A stretch of DNA of 37,959 nucleotides from a virus. The stretch lies in IMG/VR virus record IMGVR_UViG_3300046692_000110, one strand, 5' to 3'. Of this stretch, positions 22,020 to 31,859 are shown piece after piece (position 1 is the first letter of the stretch; the number at the start of each line of letters is the position of its first letter). The translations under genes were made by a program, and so were the position numbers. The notes beneath the pieces were generated by a model, which worked only from the letters and a program-made list of their open reading frames with translations, was not told where the DNA came from and ran no database searches.

Positions 22020-22470
22020 CAAACTTCGCCTCAACTCAATCGACGAGCTGTCGCTGCTCCAGGCTGCCATCCGTAAGAGGGGCTTCCCCTGCAATGTGGC
22101 GATTACCGGTGCAGGCCGGAGCCTTCCGCAGAATGCCTTGTTCCACAAGTGGTGCGAGTGCGCTGCTCAGTTCTTCGTGTCGATGGGCAAGACCACCTTT
22201 GCCACCGGCGCCGCGATGAACATGGAAAACATGAAGAGAAATCTGAAGCTGACCTTCCTTGGCGAGGAGGTTGTGCGCGACATCAATCTGAAAACCGGCG
22301 AGGTAACAGAGCGTTACGAGCTGCGCCACACCAGCGACCTTGCGAAGGGAGATATGCAGGCCTTCATGACCTGCATCGACGTCTGGGCATCCGAGCACGG
22401 GATCTACCTCCCGCATCCCGAAGACAGCGAGTACATGAAGATGCGCTGCAACATGGGGGAGGCGGCATGA
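22012..22470 (+). CDS. ninB: NinB/Orf-like recombination protein
   Basis: RSLPQNALFHKWC motif, plus position in a nin-like region. Confidence 0.6.
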   Translation: MADKLRLNSIDELSLLQAAIRKRGFPCNVAITGAGRSLPQNALFHKWCECAAQFFVSMGKTTFATGAAMNMENMKRNLKLTFLGEEVVRDINLKTGEVTERYELRHTSDLAKGDMQAFMTCIDVWASEHGIYLPHPEDSEYMKMRCNMGEAA

Positions 22471-23051
22471 GCATCGAGCCAAAGCCGCGCAAGCCCAAGA
22501 CCTGCGCCAACGAAACGTGCAGGGCCTCATTCGTACCCCAGCGCCTCGGTCAGAAGGTGTGCAGCCCAGCCTGTGGCCTGGCGACCAAGGACGTGAACGC
22601 CGAGAGGGCACGAACAGCACTCGCTCATCTCGGGCGTCAGGAGCTGCTCGCCGCCAGGGAATCGAGCCGGTTGAGGAATCGGAGCTACCACACCGAGAAA
22701 GCACAACAGGCATTCAATGCCTGGATACGCCTGCGAGACGCTGCGCTGCCGTGTGTGAGCTGCGGGCGCTTCCATGAAGGCCAATATCACGCCGGGCACT
22801 ACCGCACCGTAGGCGCAAACCCAGCGCTTCGCTTCGAACCGCTCAACTGCCACAAGCAGTGTGCGCCCTGCAACAACCACAAGTCCGGCGACATCGTGAA
22901 TTACCGCATTGAGCTTGTGAAGCGGATCGGCGCCGAGCTCGTTGAATGGTTGGAAGGTCCTCATGAGGCCCAGCGCTACACCATCGAAGACCTCAAGGCC
23001 ATCACCTCCGAATACCGCGCCAAAACCCGTGAACTCAGGAGAGCAGCATGA
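22467..23051 (+). CDS. ninG: NinG/Rap-like recombination endonuclease
   Basis: CANETC...C..C, then CVSCGR...YHAGHY...NCHKQCAPCNNHKSGD. Confidence 0.75.
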   Translation: MSIEPKPRKPKTCANETCRASFVPQRLGQKVCSPACGLATKDVNAERARTALAHLGRQELLAARESSRLRNRSYHTEKAQQAFNAWIRLRDAALPCVSCGRFHEGQYHAGHYRTVGANPALRFEPLNCHKQCAPCNNHKSGDIVNYRIELVKRIGAELVEWLEGPHEAQRYTIEDLKAITSEYRAKTRELRRAA

Positions 23052-23158
23052 TCATCCATCTCTATTCAGGCTTCATCTTGTTGCTCGGCGTCGGTCTGCT
23101 GGAGGGGATTCGTCACTTGCTGCGCCGGGATCGGATCGCGCGGGGGATTCGGCCATGA
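23048..23158 (+). CDS. 36-aa membrane peptide
   Basis: Hand translation: MIIHLYSGFILLLGVGLLEGIRHLLRRDRIARGIRP. It is start/stop coupled on both sides. Confidence 0.4.
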   Translation: MIIHLYSGFILLLGVGLLEGIRHLLRRDRIARGIRP

Positions 23159-23352
23159 ACTGGAAAGCCATCAGCAAGCACTGCATGTCGAGCGAAGAGG
23201 GCTATCTGCTGAGCAAATACGCAATGCAGGACGGCTCGGCCTACGTGGCTCGGGCGCCTGCCGGGAAAATCCTGCACTCGGGGAAGGATCTGGCCAAGGC
23301 CAAGGCGGCATGCATCGACCATTTTGAATCGACACAGGGGAAAGCAGCATGA
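23155..23352 (+). CDS. 65-aa hypothetical protein
   Basis: Internal ATG of a longer track ORF. It is coupled to its neighbours. Confidence 0.5.
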   Translation: MNWKAISKHCMSSEEGYLLSKYAMQDGSAYVARAPAGKILHSGKDLAKAKAACIDHFESTQGKAA

Positions 23353-23624
23353 AAGCGCACGATTTTCTCGGAAAGGCCCAAACGCTCATGCTGGAGCGTG
23401 GTGAGCAGTACGACAAGCCGGAAGGTGAGCGCAGCATGGGGGCTGCTGTGTCTGCCTTCAACACCATAACAGGCCAATTGATCAGTGAGGCAGAGGGCTG
23501 GTTGCTCCTGCAGATCCTGAAGGACGTGCGCCAATGGCAGAACCCTGAGTACCACGCCGACTCCGCTGAAGATTGTGTGGCCTATGCCGCCCTGAAGGCT
23601 GAAGCACTCTCGGGAGCTAAGTAA
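23349..23624 (+). CDS. 91-aa hypothetical protein (common phage nin-region family)
   Basis: ERGEQYDKPEGERSM...ILKDVRQ...HADSAEDCVAYAAL. Confidence 0.6.
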   Translation: MKAHDFLGKAQTLMLERGEQYDKPEGERSMGAAVSAFNTITGQLISEAEGWLLLQILKDVRQWQNPEYHADSAEDCVAYAALKAEALSGAK

Positions 23625-24763
23625 TGGCCGATCGCAAAGTCACGGACGAGCAGATCATCGAGGCGCTGAGCACCATGAGCGTGGCGGAAACAGCCAGGCA
23701 CTTCGAGATGAACGTGCGCAGCATTGAGCGGCGCAAGGCGAAACTGGCTCTGCGCGGTCACATCCCGGAGATGCATATCGAGTCGAAGCTGCCGGCGTTC
23801 CTGAAGATCAGGGGAACGTCGCAGCTCATGCGGCGCGGCGAGGCGGAACCATTACTTTCCTGGGTGAAGACGAATACTGACACGGAAGCATTACAGGCCC
23901 TCATTGAGGCCTCATGCGAGGCAGCGGTTAAAGATCTGCCGCATGTGCCGGCTCGGCCATTCGCCGGTAACTACCTACCTGACCTGATGACCGCCTACCC
24001 CATCGGCGATCCACACTTCGGGGAGTACATCTGGGCTGCCGAGTGTGGAGAGGACTGGGACCTGAGCATCGCCGAGCGCGTGCACTGCGCCGCCATGGCT
24101 TCACTGGTCGAATCAGCGCCACCAACCGAGACGGCGATCATCGTCAACCTTGGGGACGCTGCGCACTACGATTCCATGGCCGCCATCACTCCGCGCAGTG
24201 GCCACCACCTGGACGCAGACAGTCGCTACGCCAAGATGGTAGACATCCTCATCCTCGCCATGCGCCAGTGCGTGGAGTCAGCCTTGACCAAGCACAAGTT
24301 CGTGCATGTGGTGCACGTCATTGGTAACCATGACGAAACCGGCGCCGTTTGGCTGAGCCGTCTGTTCGCTCACCTGTACGCCAATGAGCCACGTGTCACC
24401 GTCGAAACTTCGCCGAGCGTCTTCAGCTACTACCGCTGGGGCAAGAACCTCATCGGCATGCACCACGGGCACACCAGCAAGGCCGACAAGCTGCCGGGCG
24501 TCATGGCGACCGACCGCGCCAAGGACTGGGGCGAAACCCTGCACCGCTACTGGTGGACCGGCCACATCCATCACGAAAGCAAGAAGGAATACCCGGGCTG
24601 CACCGTCGAGTCATTCAACACCTTGGCCCCGAACGACAGCTATGCCACCGCCGGCGGCTGGAGATCGCGCCAGAACATGAAGGCAATCGTCCTGCACCGT
24701 GAGCACGGCGAGGTAGCCCGTCACACCGTACATCCTTCGATGCTCAAGGAGGTGGCAGCATGA
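23624..24763 (+). CDS. Metallophosphoesterase with an N-terminal HTH-like domain
   Basis: GDPHFGE, NLGDAAHYD, GNHDETG, MHHGH and GHIHHES motifs are present. Confidence 0.75.
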   Translation: MADRKVTDEQIIEALSTMSVAETARHFEMNVRSIERRKAKLALRGHIPEMHIESKLPAFLKIRGTSQLMRRGEAEPLLSWVKTNTDTEALQALIEASCEAAVKDLPHVPARPFAGNYLPDLMTAYPIGDPHFGEYIWAAECGEDWDLSIAERVHCAAMASLVESAPPTETAIIVNLGDAAHYDSMAAITPRSGHHLDADSRYAKMVDILILAMRQCVESALTKHKFVHVVHVIGNHDETGAVWLSRLFAHLYANEPRVTVETSPSVFSYYRWGKNLIGMHHGHTSKADKLPGVMATDRAKDWGETLHRYWWTGHIHHESKKEYPGCTVESFNTLAPNDSYATAGGWRSRQNMKAIVLHREHGEVARHTVHPSMLKEVAA

Positions 24764-25122
24764 AGCAACTCGACACGCACTACCTGCTCACCCAATGGGG
24801 TATCTGGCTGCGCTACGGATCGGGCATCCCACGCTACGTGTCGCCTCACTTCGCGCTGATTCGCGACAACATCGAGCAGCACTCATCGGCGCCGGTGGCC
24901 TGCATCAGTGATGATCTCTGCATGCTGATTGATGGGATAGCCGCACGCCTGCGGCACCGTAACGAGGACATGGGCAAGGCTCTGATTTATTACTACGGGC
25001 GCGACATCAGCTACGCAACGCTGGCGCGTCTGATGGGTATTTCAAAGACCCGCGCGGAGTCGCTGGTGAAGTCAGCAGAACAATGGGTTGACGGTGCGCT
25101 TGACGAAAAAATTGCAGCGTAG
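24760..25122 (+). CDS. Q: Late-gene antiterminator, Q-like
   Basis: The size is right, and YLLTQWGIWLR...ISDDLCMLIDGIAARL...YYYGRDISYATLARLMGIS is present. It is followed by a promoter plus terminator. Confidence 0.7.
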   Translation: MKQLDTHYLLTQWGIWLRYGSGIPRYVSPHFALIRDNIEQHSSAPVACISDDLCMLIDGIAARLRHRNEDMGKALIYYYGRDISYATLARLMGISKTRAESLVKSAEQWVDGALDEKIAA

Positions 25123-25144
25123 TGTGTTTTGGTGCAAATCTTGC

Positions 25145-25174
25145 TTGAGACGTCCGGACGCTTTGGGGTATATT
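25145..25174 (+). promoter_or_regulatory. Late promoter (PR'-like)
   Basis: TTGAGA, 18-nt spacer, TATATT, directly after Q. Confidence 0.55.
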
Positions 25175-25208
25175 GCTTTCCAGTATGCGGTTTTACCGCT
25201 CCAAACAA

Positions 25209-25234
25209 GCCTCGCCACAGTGCGGGGCTTTTTT
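25209..25234 (+). terminator. Terminator tR'-like, presumed target of Q antitermination
   Basis: GCCTCGC-CACAGT-GCGGGGC followed by T6. Confidence 0.7.
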
Positions 25235-25257
25235 ATGCCTGCGATATGGAGTCAGCA

Positions 25258-25428
25258 ATGACCATCACTGTCGACGAAAAGCTGCTTGAGCTGTCGCGCT
25301 GCCTGGCGGACACCGCAGCCCAGTTGCAAGGCGGCTGCCTTGAAGACCTGGCCAAGAAATTCGCCAGCGCAGCAGAGACCCTGCTGGCTCAAGCTGTGAA
25401 GAACTCAGAGATCGTCCGCCTCGTCTGA
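25258..25428 (+). CDS. 56-aa hypothetical protein
   Basis: ATG at 25258, helical composition. Confidence 0.45.
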   Translation: MTITVDEKLLELSRCLADTAAQLQGGCLEDLAKKFASAAETLLAQAVKNSEIVRLV

Positions 25429-25458
25429 TTTCCCCTGATACCGCTCCCAAGCGGTCTT

Positions 25459-25481
25459 GGCGCCCATTGTGGCGCCTTTTT
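25459..25481 (+). terminator. Second hairpin plus T-run in the late leader
   Basis: GGCGCC-CATTGT-GGCGCC followed by T5. Confidence 0.6.
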
Positions 25482-25512
25482 ATTCCCCAACGCCGAGACC
25501 AACGAGGCGCCT

Positions 25513-25914
25513 ATGAGATCGCAAGCCATGTCAGAACCCGGACCGTTTACCGCTTTGGGTGGCATCGCGCTCTACAAGCTCGGCGCCTTTGGTTTCGTGG
25601 CTGTACTGGCAGCCATTGTCGTGATGGCGATGACGTTGCCCAAGACAGTCCGTGAGTTCGTTGTCGCGATGATCAGCACCACGGTCTCCAGCATATGCGG
25701 CGGAGCCTTCGTGGTGCGCTGGTTCGATCTTGGAGTGTGGGCCCATGACGACATTGGCTTGATTGCCATTGGCGGCATCATCTTCGTCTGTGGCCTGCCT
25801 GCTTGGGTATTGGTCCGGGCCTGGTTCAAATGGGCCGAGAAACGCAAGGACAAGGACCTGGCAGAGCTTGCCACGGAACTTACGGACCTCAAGAAGACCA
25901 TCACCCACCAGTAA
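25513..25914 (+). CDS. Multi-pass membrane protein, holin candidate
   Basis: Three or four hydrophobic segments and a charged C-terminal tail (KWAEKRKDKDLAE). It is the first gene of the late operon. Confidence 0.55.
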   Translation: MRSQAMSEPGPFTALGGIALYKLGAFGFVAVLAAIVVMAMTLPKTVREFVVAMISTTVSSICGGAFVVRWFDLGVWAHDDIGLIAIGGIIFVCGLPAWVLVRAWFKWAEKRKDKDLAELATELTDLKKTITHQ

Positions 25915-25927
25915 GCCGGAGTACGCC

Positions 25928-26098
25928 ATGAACCTCATTCCCCAGTGGACACAGCTTTGGAAGATGTACAGCGTTCAGTTGGCTGCCGTGCTGGTAGTGC
26001 TCAACACCGCTGCGTACATGTGGCCATCATTCCAGGCGCTATTCAGCCCTGAAGTCTTCGCCGCCGTAAATGGCTTCCTGGTGCAGCCGTCGCTGTAG
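25928..26098 (+). CDS. 56-aa membrane protein (MNLIPQWTQLWKMYSVQLAAVLVVL...)
   Basis: Internal ATG of the track ORF, hydrophobic core. Possible holin or antiholin partner. Confidence 0.45.
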   Translation: MNLIPQWTQLWKMYSVQLAAVLVVLNTAAYMWPSFQALFSPEVFAAVNGFLVQPSL

Positions 26099-26222
26099 TC
26101 CGAGCAATCCAGCAGCCTGCGCTGACAGCTTCAATAGCGCCTTAACCGGCAATATATTTCCTGTTAAGGCCGAATTCGTACGGAATAACGGCATTACGTT
26201 ACCGATTACCACGGTGAACAAC

Positions 26223-26381
26223 ATGGCCAAGACCATCAAGGTGACTCCATACCTGCCCTGGTGGTTTCGCCTATACGTCCGCGCCGTCGAGACTTTTGCC
26301 TATCTGTCCGGTCTCGAAGTCGATCACGACGTCATCAGCAAGCAAGCCAAGAGCGCCACTCGCTACCGCGAGATCGAATAA
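26223..26381 (+). CDS. 52-aa hypothetical protein
   Basis: ATG at 26223 (MAKTIKVTPYLPWWFRLYV...). Confidence 0.4.
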   Translation: MAKTIKVTPYLPWWFRLYVRAVETFAYLSGLEVDHDVISKQAKSATRYREIE

Positions 26382-26396
26382 CTGAAGGAAGCCCAC

Positions 26397-26912
26397 ATGA
26401 CAGCCAAGCCTGACTGGGAGGCGATCGAAGCCGCCTATAGGGTTGGGTTTCCTTCGGTTCGCGCCATAGCCGAGCAATACGGTATCAGCGACACCGCAAT
26501 CCGTAAGCAGGCCAAGAAGCTTGGATGGAGCCGCGATCTTACCGAGCAAGTTCGGACGGCCGCAAAAGCCAAGGTAGTTCGCACCGAGGTTCGCACTAAT
26601 GGTTCGCAGTCTACGCCGCGAACCGATGAACAGATTATTGATGATGCTTCGGACAAAGTGGCGCAGGTTCTCCTTGCTCACCGCGCAGGCTTGGCTCAAT
26701 GGCGAAGCATCGCTGACAAACTCGGCGCATTCCTAGCTGAAGCGGATGTGAATGAGGAAACGCACGGGGACTTCGCCCGTTCGCTGAATGCGGGTGTTGA
26801 TGCTCAGCTCAAGGTCATTAAGGGCGAGCGCCAGGCTTACAACCTTGGCGACGACAATGGCGAGGGTGACAAGGGCGACACCGTAACGAGAATTGAACTG
26901 GTCGCGATGTAA
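26397..26912 (+). CDS. terS: Terminase small subunit
   Basis: N-terminal HTH (SVRAIAEQYGISDTAIRKQAKKLGW). It lies directly upstream of TerL. Confidence 0.8.
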   Translation: MTAKPDWEAIEAAYRVGFPSVRAIAEQYGISDTAIRKQAKKLGWSRDLTEQVRTAAKAKVVRTEVRTNGSQSTPRTDEQIIDDASDKVAQVLLAHRAGLAQWRSIADKLGAFLAEADVNEETHGDFARSLNAGVDAQLKVIKGERQAYNLGDDNGEGDKGDTVTRIELVAM

Positions 26913-28219
26913 TGGCGGTCGCTCAACTCAAGATCCCTGAGAAGCTGATCCCAGTGTTCCAGGGGCCTGCTGACGTGCGTGGCGCCTATGGTGGCCGCGG
27001 CTCTGCAAAGACGCGCAGCTTTGCCACGATGATCGCAGTCCGGGGCTACATGTACGGCAAGCAGGGCGTATCAGGAATTCTGCTCTGTGGCCGCCAGTTC
27101 ATGAACTCACTGGCTGACTCATCCTTTGAGGAATGCAAGCGGGCGATCGAGGACCAGCCATTCCTCAATGCTTACTACGAGATCGGCGAGACGTTTATCC
27201 GGAGTCGCGACAAGCGCATCTGGTTTGCGTTCGCCGGCCTTGATCGCAACATTGCATCCATCAAGTCCAAGGGTCGCATCCTGATCTGCTGGGTTGATGA
27301 GGCCGAGCCGGTCACTGACGATGCCTGGGTCACGCTGATCCCCACCTTGCGTGAAGAGGGTGAAGGCTGGAACGCCGAGCTTTGGATCACCTGGAACCCG
27401 AAGCGCAAGAAGGCGCCGGTCGAGAGTCGGTTCCGCACCATCAAGGACGACCTGATCAAGGTTGTTCAGCTCAACTGGCGCGACAACCCAAAGTTCCCAG
27501 GCAAGCTCGAACGAGAACGCCAGCGCGATCTTGAAGAGCGTCCTGAGCAATACCCGCACATTTGGGAAGGTGACTTCGTGACAGCTCTCGCCGGCGCCTA
27601 CTTCGTCAAGCATTTGACCAAGGCTAAGGAAGAGGGCCGCATCGGCTTCTTCCCGGCTGATCCGCTGATGACCATCAGGCTCATCTGCGACATCGGCGGT
27701 ACAGGCGCCAAGGCTGACGCATTCGTCATCTGGGCCGTTCAGTTCATCGGCCGCGAGATACGCGCCGTCAACTACTACGAAGTCGTGGGCCAGCCGATCG
27801 ATGCGCACCTCGCATGGTGCCGCTCTCAGGGCTACTCGCCTGATCGGGCTCAGTTCTGGCTACCTCACGACGGCTCTACTCAGGACAAGGTCTACGACGT
27901 GTCCTACGAATCGGCCCTTGAGCGCGCTGGGTACTCGGTAACGGTTGTGCCGAACCAAGGTAAGGGTGCAGCAATGGCGCGCGTTGAACGCGTCCGTGAG
28001 CTGTTCCCGCAGATCCGATTCCACGAAGAAACCACTGAAGACGGCAGGGCTGCGCTGGGCTGGTACCACGAGAAATGGGACAGCATCCGCGACATCGGCC
28101 TTGGGCCTGAACACGACTGGGCCAGCCATGGCTCTGATGCGTTCGGCCTGGCCTGCGTCATCTGGGAAGAGCCGAAAGAATCCCTGCCTCTGAATTATCC
28201 AAAGCTCAACAACGCATAA
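26912..28219 (+). CDS. terL: Terminase large subunit
   Basis: Walker A-like GGRGSAKT and Walker B-like ILICWVDEAE, plus a C-terminal nuclease-size domain. Confidence 0.9.
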   Translation: MAVAQLKIPEKLIPVFQGPADVRGAYGGRGSAKTRSFATMIAVRGYMYGKQGVSGILLCGRQFMNSLADSSFEECKRAIEDQPFLNAYYEIGETFIRSRDKRIWFAFAGLDRNIASIKSKGRILICWVDEAEPVTDDAWVTLIPTLREEGEGWNAELWITWNPKRKKAPVESRFRTIKDDLIKVVQLNWRDNPKFPGKLERERQRDLEERPEQYPHIWEGDFVTALAGAYFVKHLTKAKEEGRIGFFPADPLMTIRLICDIGGTGAKADAFVIWAVQFIGREIRAVNYYEVVGQPIDAHLAWCRSQGYSPDRAQFWLPHDGSTQDKVYDVSYESALERAGYSVTVVPNQGKGAAMARVERVRELFPQIRFHEETTEDGRAALGWYHEKWDSIRDIGLGPEHDWASHGSDAFGLACVIWEEPKESLPLNYPKLNNA

Positions 28220-28228
28220 GGGCACGAA

Positions 28229-30514
28229 ATGACGAAGGGTCTGACACAGGACGAACTCAAAGCCCTGGTCGGGGCCGAGATGCGCCAGTCGCTTGGGTAT
28301 TCGTCGTCGAAACTGAGCAATGCTCGGCAGAAGTCGATGTATTACTACCTCGGCATGCCTGTCGGTGACTTGTCGCCGCCTGAAGTGGAAGGGCGGTCGT
28401 CTGTCGTTTCCACCGACGTGCGCGACACCATTGAATCGATGCTGCCGCAGCTCATGGTCACGTTCGTGGGCTCCGACACGGTGGCAGAGTTCGAAGCGAC
28501 CAAGCCCGGCGACGAGCAGAAGGCCGAGCAGGCGACCGAATACGTCAACTACCTGTTCTACAAGAAGAACAGCGGGCACCGCATCGCTTACACCTGGATG
28601 AAGGATGCGCTGCTGCAGAAGAACGGCATCGTCAAAGTCTGGTGGGACACTCGCAACGAAGAGACGCGCGAGGAATACCGCGGCCTTTCCGAGGTTGAGC
28701 TGACCCAGTTGCTGGAAGACGACGAGGTCGAAGTCGCTGAGCAGTCCACGTCTGTAGACGAGGAAGACCAGGAACAGCGTCAGCAGGCGATCGAGCAACT
28801 GATGCAGCAGGCCCAGGCTCAACCGCAGTCCGCTCCTCAAGTGATGCAGCAGATCCAGCAGATCGAATCCCAGCCACCCAAGCTGGTCTACGACGTCGTC
28901 TGCAAGCGCACCAAGACCGATGGAAAGGTTTGCATCGAGAACGTGCCGCCTGAAGAGTTCCTGATTGCCCGCAACGCCAAGGACATCGAAACAGCCAGTT
29001 TCGTAGCCCACAGGGTGCAGCGCTCGCGTTCCGAGCTGAAATCCATGGGTTACAAGAATGTAGATCAGCTCACCTCGCAAGATGCCGATTCTGCGGTGAA
29101 CTCCGAACGCATCCAGCGCCTAAGCTGGAACGACGAGAACGCCTCTTCTGGCGATGACGGTGCTGGCGACAAGAGTCAGGACTTGATCTGGGTGCTGGAA
29201 GCCTACATGCGCTGTGACTACGACGGCGACGGCATTGCCGAGCTGCGCAAGGTCACCATGGCAGGCAACGAACTGCTCGACAACGAGCCGGTCGACGCCA
29301 TTCCGTTCGTATCGATCACGCCAGTACCGCTGTCGCATGAGTTCTTCGGTCTGTCCATTGCCGATCTTGCGATGGAAAGTCAGAAGACCAAGACCAGCAT
29401 TCTTCGTTCTCAGCTCGACAACATGTACCTGGCCGTCAATGGCCGGTACTTCGCGGTGGAAGGGCAGGTCAACCTTGACGACCTGCTGACCTCGCGCCCG
29501 GGTGGCGTCGTGAGGGTCAAGCAGCCTGGGATGGCTGGCCGTCTCGACCAGGGCGCACCAGACATTGGCAACTCCATGCAGATGATGGAGTACATGCAGC
29601 AGGATCTGGAGAACAAGACCGGTTGGACACGCTACAGCCAGGGGAATGACGGTGCGGCGCTGAACGACACTGCAACCGGTGTCAACGTGCTGACCAACCG
29701 TGCTGACATGCGCCTCGACCTGATCGCCCGGAACTTCTCAGAGGGCTACGTCGACCTGTTCAAGCTGATCCTGAAGCTTGTCTGCCAGTACCAGCAGAAA
29801 GAGCAGATTGTGAAGCTCACTGGCGGCTGGGTGCCGATCGACCCGCGCGAGTGGAGCAACCAGTTCGACGTTTGCATCAACGTCGGCATCGGCATGGGCA
29901 ACAAGGATCAGAAGATCCAGCACCTGACCATGCTCGGGCAGGCTCAGGCCCAAGGCCTGCAAATCGGCATCGCGACACCAGACAACATCTATCACTCGGC
30001 CACCGAGCTCACCAAGCAGCTTGGCTTCAAGAACGCCGACAAGTTCTTCACCGATCCTTCCAAACAGCCGCCACAGAACAAGCCTGACCCTGAGCAGATG
30101 AAGGCCCAGGCGCAGATGCAGGTCGAGCAGGCCAAGATCCAGTCGAGCATGCAGCTCAAGCAAATGGAGCTTCAGCACAACGCTCAGCTCGACGAAGCCA
30201 AGCGCAACCATGAGCTCCAGCTTGAGCAGGCGCGGATGAACATGCAGGCCCAGGTCGACGCCAACCGTCAGCAGGTCGAAGCAGACCAGAAGACGCTGCA
30301 GAGCCAGCAGCAGGCTCAACTGGACGCGCTGAAGGACGAGCAGAAGACCCAGCAGCTTGCCATGCAGCTCGACTTCGACCGCTGGAAGGCCGAGCTCGAC
30401 GCCGAGACCAAGATCGCTGTAGCGCAGATCGCCCAGCAAACCACGCTGAGCGCCGCACAGATGCGCGCTGCCGAATCATTCGAAAAGCCAGGGGCAACTG
30501 ATGGCAACGCTTGA
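28229..30514 (+). CDS. Portal protein with a long Gln-rich coiled-coil C-terminal extension
   Basis: 761 aa directly after TerL. The C-terminal region of about 150 aa is Q/A/K/E-rich. Confidence 0.85.
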   Translation: MTKGLTQDELKALVGAEMRQSLGYSSSKLSNARQKSMYYYLGMPVGDLSPPEVEGRSSVVSTDVRDTIESMLPQLMVTFVGSDTVAEFEATKPGDEQKAEQATEYVNYLFYKKNSGHRIAYTWMKDALLQKNGIVKVWWDTRNEETREEYRGLSEVELTQLLEDDEVEVAEQSTSVDEEDQEQRQQAIEQLMQQAQAQPQSAPQVMQQIQQIESQPPKLVYDVVCKRTKTDGKVCIENVPPEEFLIARNAKDIETASFVAHRVQRSRSELKSMGYKNVDQLTSQDADSAVNSERIQRLSWNDENASSGDDGAGDKSQDLIWVLEAYMRCDYDGDGIAELRKVTMAGNELLDNEPVDAIPFVSITPVPLSHEFFGLSIADLAMESQKTKTSILRSQLDNMYLAVNGRYFAVEGQVNLDDLLTSRPGGVVRVKQPGMAGRLDQGAPDIGNSMQMMEYMQQDLENKTGWTRYSQGNDGAALNDTATGVNVLTNRADMRLDLIARNFSEGYVDLFKLILKLVCQYQQKEQIVKLTGGWVPIDPREWSNQFDVCINVGIGMGNKDQKIQHLTMLGQAQAQGLQIGIATPDNIYHSATELTKQLGFKNADKFFTDPSKQPPQNKPDPEQMKAQAQMQVEQAKIQSSMQLKQMELQHNAQLDEAKRNHELQLEQARMNMQAQVDANRQQVEADQKTLQSQQQAQLDALKDEQKTQQLAMQLDFDRWKAELDAETKIAVAQIAQQTTLSAAQMRAAESFEKPGATDGNA

Positions 30515-30791
30515 AGAGCGGATCTACGACGGTAACAGAGCCCGTGAATGTCTCGAAAACGAGCAGTTCATCCGGGCATTCGAAAGCATTGAGCAGGAGT
30601 TGACCAACGCATGGCGAACCTCACCGGCAAGAGACGCGGAGGCGCGGGAAAAGATCTACCTGACACTCCAGCTCCTGACCAAGTTGAAGGCAACGCTCAC
30701 GTCGAGCCTGGAGACGGGCAAGTTGGCGGAAGCGGATCGGATCTACCAGCAGTCGCTACTGGACCGCGCCAAAGGGATCTGGCCGCTCTGA
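30501..30791 (+). CDS. 96-aa hypothetical head-morphogenesis-region protein
   Basis: It overlaps the portal stop. Confidence 0.6.
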   Translation: MATLEERIYDGNRARECLENEQFIRAFESIEQELTNAWRTSPARDAEAREKIYLTLQLLTKLKATLTSSLETGKLAEADRIYQQSLLDRAKGIWPL

Positions 30792-30851
30792 GGGCCGTTC
30801 TCACGGGCCAGTCCGTAATAATTCGCAAATGAATCCCATAGGGGACAATCA

Positions 30852-31844
30852 ATGAGCTTGTTTATTCACCGCGCGCTAGGCCATTTCCTCATGAACGAAG
30901 CCGGCGCCGATGGTGGCGATGGTGGTGGTTCGCTTGACGTGAATGGTGGCGCTGCCGCCTTCGCCGCACTGCTGGACCCGCCCAAAGCAGATCCTTCTGA
31001 AGGCTCGGAAGATCACCCAGAATTACCTAATGAGCCTGAAGCCGAGCTTGAGGCTGAGCAAGAGGAAGAACCCAGCGAGCAAGAGGAAGAACCCCAGACC
31101 TTCACCGTCAAGATTGATGGCAAGGAGGTTCAGGTTCCGCTCAGCGAGCTGTTGAATGGCTACCAACGTCAGTCTGACTACACCAAGAAGACGATGGAGG
31201 CGGCCGAGCAACGCAAAGCAGCAGACGCCGAGACCCAGAAGGCCCAGCAGGAGCGGCAGCAGTACGCCGGCGAACTCCAGCGCATGGCCGTCCAGCTCGA
31301 AGGCGTGTTGGAGCAACAAGGTCAAATCGACTGGGGCGCACTGCTTGAAGAAAGTCCGGTGGAGTACCTGAAACAGCAGCAACTCTTTCAACAGAGACAA
31401 GCGCTGTATCAGCAAAACATGGCGGAGCAGCAAAAACTCAATCAGCAGTTCCAGAACGAACAGGCACAAGCCCACCAGAGTTACCTAGCCCAGCAGCGGG
31501 ATGACCTTCTCGCCAAGCTTCCGGACTGGAAAGACGATGCCAAGGCTGCAGCCGAAAAAACCGCCATCTCCAAGTTCCTGCAAGACCAGGGCTTCGGGGA
31601 TGAGGACATTTCGTCCATTGCCGACCACCGCCACGTGCTCATTGCGCGCAAGGCGATGCTCTACGACCAACTGATGGCCAAAGCCAACGTGCAAGCCAAG
31701 AAGGTCCAGGAAGCGCCCCAGCGGGTGGTCAAGCCGGGCGTCACGTCAAATGGCACTCCTGATGGTCGCACCACTGCCGCGAAACGGCATGAGCGCAACG
31801 GGACGGTCGAGACGGGCGCCGAAGTATTTCGCCAACTCCTTTGA
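30852..31844 (+). CDS. Scaffolding protein
   Basis: Acidic N-terminal region and a Q/E/K-rich coiled coil. It lies between the portal and capsid genes. Confidence 0.75.
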   Translation: MSLFIHRALGHFLMNEAGADGGDGGGSLDVNGGAAAFAALLDPPKADPSEGSEDHPELPNEPEAELEAEQEEEPSEQEEEPQTFTVKIDGKEVQVPLSELLNGYQRQSDYTKKTMEAAEQRKAADAETQKAQQERQQYAGELQRMAVQLEGVLEQQGQIDWGALLEESPVEYLKQQQLFQQRQALYQQNMAEQQKLNQQFQNEQAQAHQSYLAQQRDDLLAKLPDWKDDAKAAAEKTAISKFLQDQGFGDEDISSIADHRHVLIARKAMLYDQLMAKANVQAKKVQEAPQRVVKPGVTSNGTPDGRTTAAKRHERNGTVETGAEVFRQLL

Positions 31845-31859
31845 TTCAGGAGCTACATC

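Noticed and set aside
19555-22148. Long minus-strand ORFs (223, 229 and 238 aa) opposite cro, the small regulators and the O/P genes
   Set aside because: They have Arg/Ser/Pro-rich low-complexity translations that overlap genes carrying clear motifs on the + strand.
27860-29080. 406-aa ORF on the minus strand opposite terL and the portal gene
   Set aside because: Its Leu/Arg/Val/Gly-rich composition is typical of an antisense shadow of a GC-rich gene. It has no motifs and fully overlaps two confidently assigned genes.
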